A DNA stretch of 64,000 nt, taken from Negativicutes bacterium (GTDB lineage Bacteria > Bacillota > Negativicutes > UBA1444). The DNA lies in NCBI GenBank assembly GCA_963665275.2, contig CAXXIN010000006.1:26164-90163 (forward strand), in the 5' to 3' direction. Under the pieces are notes generated by a model. That model did not search any database, was not told where the DNA came from, and worked only from the letters and a program-made list of their open reading frames with translations. This document shows, piece after piece, positions 58,034-64,000 of this stretch; the first letter of the stretch is position 1; each line of letters starts with the position of its first letter. A program made the position numbers and the translations under genes.

Positions 58034-60328
58034 TTATAACTTGGGGTGCAGGGACAGGAATAGCTCAACAATGGCCGGATCAAACTGGGTTCCTGCGCAA
58101 CGCTGCAATTCCGCGTATGCTGCCTCGATACTTAGTGGTGCACGGTAGGGGCGTTTGCTGGTCATTGCGTCAAAGGCATCGGCAATCGACAATATTCGGC
58201 ATTCAATGGGGATGGCTTCGCCAGCGAGCCCAAACGGATACCCTTTGCCATTCCACCACTCGTGATGCTTCAGGATAAAATCAGCAATCGGCAGCAATTC
58301 AGGCGACACCTGGGCTATGCGGAAGCCGATTTCAGGATGACGGCGCAACTCATTAATATCGGCCTCCGTCAGCGTTCCTTCTTTATTGAGCAGCGTATCG
58401 GGGATACCGACTTTCCCTAGATCATGGAACTTAGCCAGGAGACGAATATTGGCAATACTCTTGTCAGGCAGTTGCATCGCCGAGGCCAGCGCGACCGCTG
58501 CAAACTGTAATCGATCGGCGTGTCCGTCCGTGAGGTAATCCTTGTTTTCCATAGACTGGATGAGGGTCTTCACCATGGCGTTCTTGTTGCTGCGACTCTG
58601 ATGCAGCTTTTCCCGGTACATGTTGGTATCTGCTTCCTTGAACGCAAGACTCAGAGAATCCGACGGCGCAAGGCTCACCGCCCATCCCGCCGACAGACTG
58701 ATCAGGCTCTTTTCCGACTCTTTATTGGCTTGAATCACACTGGCCCGTATCCGGTCAATTCCTTTTTCGATGACTTCGGGCAGCGCACCGGGGAGCAGGA
58801 TCACGAATTCATCTCCGCCAATTCGCGCCACCATGTCCGAATCGCGGAACCCTTGCCGGAGAATATTGGCCACAGCGATCAGCAGCTGATCGCCCACGGC
58901 ATGTCCCAGAGTGTCATTGACCAGTTTTAGTCCGTCAACGTCACAGACGATAACGCCGACACTGCCTGAGCGCCTCATTTCGAGACGATGCAGTTCTTCT
59001 TCGAAATAACTGCGATTATACAGCTTGGTTAGTCCATCATGCAGGGCCATATGTTTCAGCTGTTCCTCAACTAGCTGGCGTTCCTGGATTTCCGTCAGGG
59101 ACCGCTTATATAGCAGGGCATTATCTAACGCGATGGAAGCCAGGCGGGCAAATCGGTCCAATAATTCGACTTCCTCCGCGCTGAATAGGCGATCCGGCTG
59201 TTGAAACTGGACTTCCAGGACCCCGTAGACCTTGCTGTCGGCGAAAATAGGCAGTCCGACGATAGCCCTCGTAGTTTCAAACTCCTTGAAATCCAACCGG
59301 TTTTCCCAGTTCCGATAATCTTTCAATACGACAGGGGCGCCGGTTGCCAGCACTTGCTGCACCAGTCCGCAGTCCTTGCGATGAACCAATCCGATACAGT
59401 CCGAATAAAATCCGCTGGCGGCAACCAGCTTTACGTGCAGGCCATCCTCGCATGGGAGATAGAGACTGCCGCTGGAGTGATCCAACAGACTGGTTGCGCG
59501 GGCAACCATGACCGAGAGCAGCTCGTCCAGATTGACCCGGTTCAGCACGCCGAGCGTCAATTCGTTGAGGGAAAGCAGATATTCACTGTGAATCCGGAGT
59601 TTGCTTTCGGATTCCTTGTGATTGGTAATGTCTTCAAACAGGGTTACGAAATATCCCTCCTGGGGTGAGAAAACTGCCACGGAGAACCAGCGCCGCTTGT
59701 GACTCCAATAGTATTCAAAACGGTTATCCTGGCCAGTCAGGGCAACATGCCCGAAAAGTTGAATGAGATCCGGGCTGGAACTTCGAATTTGCGGAAAAAA
59801 TTTGGTGACTCTTTGTCCAATGATTTGCGAGCGGTTGCAGTTCAGGATCGTTTCAAAAGCCGTGTTGATTTCCATAAAGACGAAATCTACAGGTTGTCCG
59901 GCGTCATCGGTGAGGATCTTCTGATAGGAGAATCCGCCCAGCATGTGTTCGAAAAGCTGTTGGTACCGGGTTCGACTCCCGCGAAGAGCCTGCTCCACGA
60001 TCTCTCGCTCCAGAAGGTCCTGTTGGGTTGATTCGGTCAACTTTCTGTTTTCGTTTTCTATGTCAGCTAGTTTTTGGGGTAGCAAATTTGTTTTTCGGAG
60101 GACAAAAAATAAAAAAATCGCTGTGCCAGCTAAAAAAGCCAAAGCTTGGGCATTTTTACTAATAACCGGCAGCGTGGAGCCCGAAAACCAATAGGTCCAG
60201 AACTGGTCGAAAAAGAAAATCCAGAGTATACTGACAGTGACATAAATACTGATTGTTTTACCAGTCGGGAAGGTCGGCAGCGATGGCGCGGGACTGGTCT
60301 GGGTTTCAATGTTGGGTTTGGTTGACAA
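58034..60328 (-). CDS. Membrane PAS-GAF-GGDEF-HD-GYP protein
   Basis: 2 TM, PAS, GAF, RIGGDEF, HDLGK and HHEWWNGKGYP; TTG start after GAAGGTGA. Confidence 0.88.
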   Translation of the reverse strand: MSTKPNIETQTSPAPSLPTFPTGKTISIYVTVSILWIFFFDQFWTYWFSGSTLPVISKNAQALAFLAGTAIFLFFVLRKTNLLPQKLADIENENRKLTESTQQDLLEREIVEQALRGSRTRYQQLFEHMLGGFSYQKILTDDAGQPVDFVFMEINTAFETILNCNRSQIIGQRVTKFFPQIRSSSPDLIQLFGHVALTGQDNRFEYYWSHKRRWFSVAVFSPQEGYFVTLFEDITNHKESESKLRIHSEYLLSLNELTLGVLNRVNLDELLSVMVARATSLLDHSSGSLYLPCEDGLHVKLVAASGFYSDCIGLVHRKDCGLVQQVLATGAPVVLKDYRNWENRLDFKEFETTRAIVGLPIFADSKVYGVLEVQFQQPDRLFSAEEVELLDRFARLASIALDNALLYKRSLTEIQERQLVEEQLKHMALHDGLTKLYNRSYFEEELHRLEMRRSGSVGVIVCDVDGLKLVNDTLGHAVGDQLLIAVANILRQGFRDSDMVARIGGDEFVILLPGALPEVIEKGIDRIRASVIQANKESEKSLISLSAGWAVSLAPSDSLSLAFKEADTNMYREKLHQSRSNKNAMVKTLIQSMENKDYLTDGHADRLQFAAVALASAMQLPDKSIANIRLLAKFHDLGKVGIPDTLLNKEGTLTEADINELRRHPEIGFRIAQVSPELLPIADFILKHHEWWNGKGYPFGLAGEAIPIECRILSIADAFDAMTSKRPYRAPLSIEAAYAELQRCAGTQFDPAIVELFLSLHPKL

Positions 60329-60512
60329 AATTTCACCTTCAATCCTGGTTCTGCGCTTGTTAAGTATCGTTCTCACTGCGAGTTGGTTTTTCCTGCTAGC
60401 CCTGCAGTATAATTGTCGGATTTGAGTTCCCGAAGCGGTATCCTGCGGCATCCTTCAAGACGCCGTATCGATAGAGTAGCGAAAATGAAATTGAGAAAGG
60501 CTGGGTTGACAA

Positions 60513-62498
60513 ATGAATCAGACAGATCAAACATGCGTCAATACGTTGAGGTTTTTGGCGGTTGATGCCGTAGAGCAGGCAAAGTCGGGGCACCCGGGGT
60601 TACCGCTGGGATCGGCGCCGATGGCCTATGTATTGTGGGATCGGTTTCTGAAACAGAATCCTGTTCATCCCAAGTGGGCGGACCGGGATCGTTTCGTGCT
60701 TTCCGCCGGACATGGTTCCGCGTTATTATATGCTCTTTTACATACGTTCGGCTATGACTTGCCGCTCTCAGAAGTGAAAAAATTTCGCCAATTGGAATCC
60801 AAAACCCCCGGGCATCCTGAATATGGCATGACTCCCGGCGTAGAAGCCACAACCGGACCGCTCGGACAAGGCTTTGCCATGGGTGTCGGAATGGCCGTCG
60901 CCGAAAAACATCTGGCATCTGTATTTAATAAGCCCGGCTTTCCAATCGTGGACCATTTTACGTATGGTCTCGTTTCCGATGGCGACCTGATGGAGGGCGT
61001 CTGTGCGGAAGCTGCCTCCATAGCCGCGACGATGGGCCTCGGCAAGCTGATTTATTTGTACGACGACAATCACATTTCCATCGAAGGAAGTACTGATATC
61101 GCATTTACCGAGAATGTCCGGCTGCGCTTTCAGGCTTATGGCTGGCAGGTACTCACCGTGCCGGACGGCAACGATCTCAATTTGATCGAAGAAGCAATCC
61201 GATTGGCCAAAGAGGAAAAGGAACGACCTTCCCTGATCGCCGTCCGTACCCAAATCGGGTTCGGCAGCCCGAAACAGGGAACCGCCGCCGCACATGGCGA
61301 ACCGCTCGGATCCGACGCCGCCGCCGCCACGCGCCAAACGCTGGCATGGCCGCCAGAACCCAAATTTCATGTGCCTGCAGAGGCTGCCGCACATTTCGGC
61401 AAAGCGCTGGAACGCGGTCAAGTGTGGGAAGATCAATGGGTCAAGCTGTTTGCTGAGTATCAGGCGCAGTATCCTGAGGAAGCCTTTGCATTCCATAACG
61501 CACTGGAAGGCAAACTGCCGCAGGGCTGGGCGGAGAAACTCGTTCCTTTTGGGGCGGGCGGCATGGCGACTCGCGAATCTTCCGGCAAAGTGATGAACCA
61601 GATTGCGGCCGTATTGCCGTCGCTTATCGGCGGCTCAGCGGACTTAGCCCCGTCTACCAAAACCCTGCTGGATGGCATGGGCGATTTCAGCGCCACCAAT
61701 CCGGCCGGCCGAAATCTGCATTTTGGAATTCGGGAACATGCGATGGGCGCCATGGTGAACGGGATGGCCCTGCATGGCGGGTTGATCCCCTACGGCGCGA
61801 CTTTCTTTGTTTTTGCCGACTACATGCGACCGGCCCTGCGGCTGGCGGCGCTCATGCAGACGCATTCGATTTTCGTATTTACTCATGACAGCATCGGGGT
61901 GGGGGAAGACGGGCCTACCCATCAGCCGATCGAACATCTGGCCAGCTTGCGCGCCATTCCCGGACTCACGGTCCTTCGGCCGGCTGAGGCCAATGAAACC
62001 CGCGCTGCCTGGAAACTCGCCATCGAAATGAAAAAACCGGTTGCCTTGGTTTTGACACGACAAAAATTAACAACCATGGAAGAGTCGGAGGCCGGATCAG
62101 CGGACGGCGTTCCTTACGGAGCTTACATTGTGCAGGAAGCGGACGGCAAAAAGCCCCAGATCATCCTCTTGGCTACCGGATCAGAAGTGGAAATCAGTAT
62201 TAAGGCCGCGATCATGCTGGAACAAAAAGGGTATCGAGTTCGGGTTGTGTCCATGCCTTCGTGGGAACTCTTCGATGCGCAGACCAAAGAGTATCGTCAG
62301 GGCGTTTTGCCGGCTGGCGTGCCGGTGTTGTCGGTGGAAGCCGGCATTACCATGGGCTGGGCAAAATACACGGGAACTCAAGGTGATTCCCTGGGGATCG
62401 ACCACTTCGGCGCTTCGGGACCCGGTCCGACCGTTATGGCAAAGTTCGGATTCACGCCTGAAAATGTTGTCGCCCGGGCCCTTGCCCTGCTGAAATAG
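60513..62498 (+). CDS. tkt: Transketolase
   Basis: SGHPG, TGPLGQG, GDLMEG, FGIREH and GEDGPTHQP. Confidence 0.96.
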   Translation: MNQTDQTCVNTLRFLAVDAVEQAKSGHPGLPLGSAPMAYVLWDRFLKQNPVHPKWADRDRFVLSAGHGSALLYALLHTFGYDLPLSEVKKFRQLESKTPGHPEYGMTPGVEATTGPLGQGFAMGVGMAVAEKHLASVFNKPGFPIVDHFTYGLVSDGDLMEGVCAEAASIAATMGLGKLIYLYDDNHISIEGSTDIAFTENVRLRFQAYGWQVLTVPDGNDLNLIEEAIRLAKEEKERPSLIAVRTQIGFGSPKQGTAAAHGEPLGSDAAAATRQTLAWPPEPKFHVPAEAAAHFGKALERGQVWEDQWVKLFAEYQAQYPEEAFAFHNALEGKLPQGWAEKLVPFGAGGMATRESSGKVMNQIAAVLPSLIGGSADLAPSTKTLLDGMGDFSATNPAGRNLHFGIREHAMGAMVNGMALHGGLIPYGATFFVFADYMRPALRLAALMQTHSIFVFTHDSIGVGEDGPTHQPIEHLASLRAIPGLTVLRPAEANETRAAWKLAIEMKKPVALVLTRQKLTTMEESEAGSADGVPYGAYIVQEADGKKPQIILLATGSEVEISIKAAIMLEQKGYRVRVVSMPSWELFDAQTKEYRQGVLPAGVPVLSVEAGITMGWAKYTGTQGDSLGIDHFGASGPGPTVMAKFGFTPENVVARALALLK

Positions 62499-62538
62499 TT
62501 TCATCCATACACATAGGGAGAGTAACAGGAGGTTGTTC

Positions 62539-64000
62539 ATGCACCCCAAATATATTATCGTCGACGGCAGCAGTCTCATTCATAGGGCTTTCTATGCACT
62601 GCCCACGATGACAACCTCCAGCGGTTATTTTACTAATGCCGTATTTGGATTTACGAACATGATCATCAAACTAGTTGCGGATCTGAAGCCTTCCGGCGTC
62701 GTGGTTGCTTTTGACAAAGGAAAGTATACGTTTCGCAATGAGGAATACAGCGAATACAAGGCGCAACGGAAACCGACTCCGTCGGAATTGTCGGAGCAGT
62801 TTCCGGCCGCCCGTGAAGTCCTCGAGGCACTCGGGATTACTGTGCTTGAATTAGAGGGGTTCGAAGGGGACGATATCATCGGTACCTTGGCGGCCCAGGC
62901 CTCTGCGGAGCAGGAATTCCTGATCGTCACCGGAGACCGTGATGCTTTGCAGTTGGTCAATGAATATGTCCACGTGCTGCTCACGAAAAAAGGAATTTCT
63001 GAATTCGAAGAGGTCGATCCCGTTGCGATGACCTTTAATTATGGGCTGACGCCGATGCAGGTCATCGAGATGAAAGGCCTGATGGGAGACACTTCTGATA
63101 ATATCCCGGGCATTCCTGGCGTCGGGGAAAAGACGGCCAAAAAATTGATCACAGATTTCGGATCGATTGATGGTGTTTATGAGAATATCGACAAGGTGCC
63201 AGGTGAGAAACTGAAGGAAAAAATCCTTGCCAACCGCGAGATGGCCTACCTGTCGAAAAAACTAGCCACCATTGTCTGTAATGTGCCGGTTCCGACCGAT
63301 ATGTCGCAATACAAGATCACTCCCAACGTGGAGAAGGTTCGCGCGGTTGCAGAAAAATACGAATTCCGTGCACTTCCTGCCAAACTGTCAGGCTGGTTTA
63401 CCGCTGGCGCCCAAGAACCCGCTGAATCGACTACCGCTGATGATGGAGCGGACACAGAGCGAATCAATACCCTGGACGAGTTCAACCCGTTGCTGGCTGC
63501 GGTCAAAAAACAAGGGATATTATACTTTTGGGCCGACACGGCAGGCCGCGTTCCTGATTGTCGATTTACTGGCGCCGCCGTATTTGCCGGGGAACAGAAG
63601 TTTTATCTCGCCGAGGCTTCGCCGGCCTGGAGTGGCTTTTTGACGTTGCTGGCTGATCCTCTCTTGCCGAAAGTCACCCATGATGCCAAGCCGGTGTATA
63701 ATGTCTGTCAAGCTGCAGGAATTACTTTTGGGCCCCTGCTATTTGACACCATGGTCGCGGCGTATTTGATCAATCCATCGGGCAGCGATTACCAGTTCGA
63801 ACGACTGATGACCGAGTTTCTGGGTAAAGGCGCAGGTCCCTTCAATAAGAAAAACTATGGGAGCCCCGAGTATGCGGCTTGGGCGGTCGAGAGCCTGCCA
63901 GAACTACACCTTGCCCAACAGCAGGACCTTGATCGGAGCGGCGCCGCTGAACTACTGAAAAGCATCGAACTGCCGCTCGTCGAGACGTTGTCCTCCATGG
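62539..64000 (+). CDS. polA: DNA polymerase I, 5' part (runs off window; absent from ORF track)
   Basis: IVDGSSLIHRAFYALP, YKAQR, EGDDIIGT and GDTSDNIPGIPGVGEKTA. Confidence 0.95.
   Translation, partial: MHPKYIIVDGSSLIHRAFYALPTMTTSSGYFTNAVFGFTNMIIKLVADLKPSGVVVAFDKGKYTFRNEEYSEYKAQRKPTPSELSEQFPAAREVLEALGITVLELEGFEGDDIIGTLAAQASAEQEFLIVTGDRDALQLVNEYVHVLLTKKGISEFEEVDPVAMTFNYGLTPMQVIEMKGLMGDTSDNIPGIPGVGEKTAKKLITDFGSIDGVYENIDKVPGEKLKEKILANREMAYLSKKLATIVCNVPVPTDMSQYKITPNVEKVRAVAEKYEFRALPAKLSGWFTAGAQEPAESTTADDGADTERINTLDEFNPLLAAVKKQGILYFWADTAGRVPDCRFTGAAVFAGEQKFYLAEASPAWSGFLTLLADPLLPKVTHDAKPVYNVCQAAGITFGPLLFDTMVAAYLINPSGSDYQFERLMTEFLGKGAGPFNKKNYGSPEYAAWAVESLPELHLAQQQDLDRSGAAELLKSIELPLVETLSSM

Noticed and set aside
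1-64000. CRISPR array, rRNA or tRNA genes
   Set aside because: No regularly spaced direct repeats or recognisable structural RNA genes were seen in any intergenic region

Overview
A 64-kb chromosomal segment of an anaerobic Firmicute. The lipoproteins, HlyD exporter, heptad-coiled-coil GGDEF/EAL proteins and sigH-like promoters suggest Negativicutes/Sporomusaceae (inference). The left third (1-23 kb) is a more AT-rich accessory region. It holds a PrpF/aconitase/two-RraA organic-acid catabolic cluster with LysR and MFS genes, an amidase with an unannotated small partner, c-di-GMP enzymes, decayed IS5 and IS256 elements with gene remnants, and a MarR-controlled HlyD/ABC-2 exporter. The middle holds a SulP-DUF2252-PPK2 triad, an ArsR plus CoA-disulfide reductase/rhodanese/TusA/DsrE sulfur module, and a split D-glutamate cyclase. 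The 38-52 kb stretch is an anaerobic purine catabolism cluster: ssnA, a BMP-type ABC importer, a stand-alone PreA/YgfK-N-like flavoprotein, hydA/hyuA, Se-dependent xdh, mocA, yqeC, yqeB and ppnP, with several +1 frameshifts. The right end holds a tandem pseudo-CHAP secreted protein with HD-GYP genes, metF, tkt and the 5' part of polA. No rRNA, tRNA or CRISPR array was seen. All family calls come from motif recognition by eye; no database searches were run.
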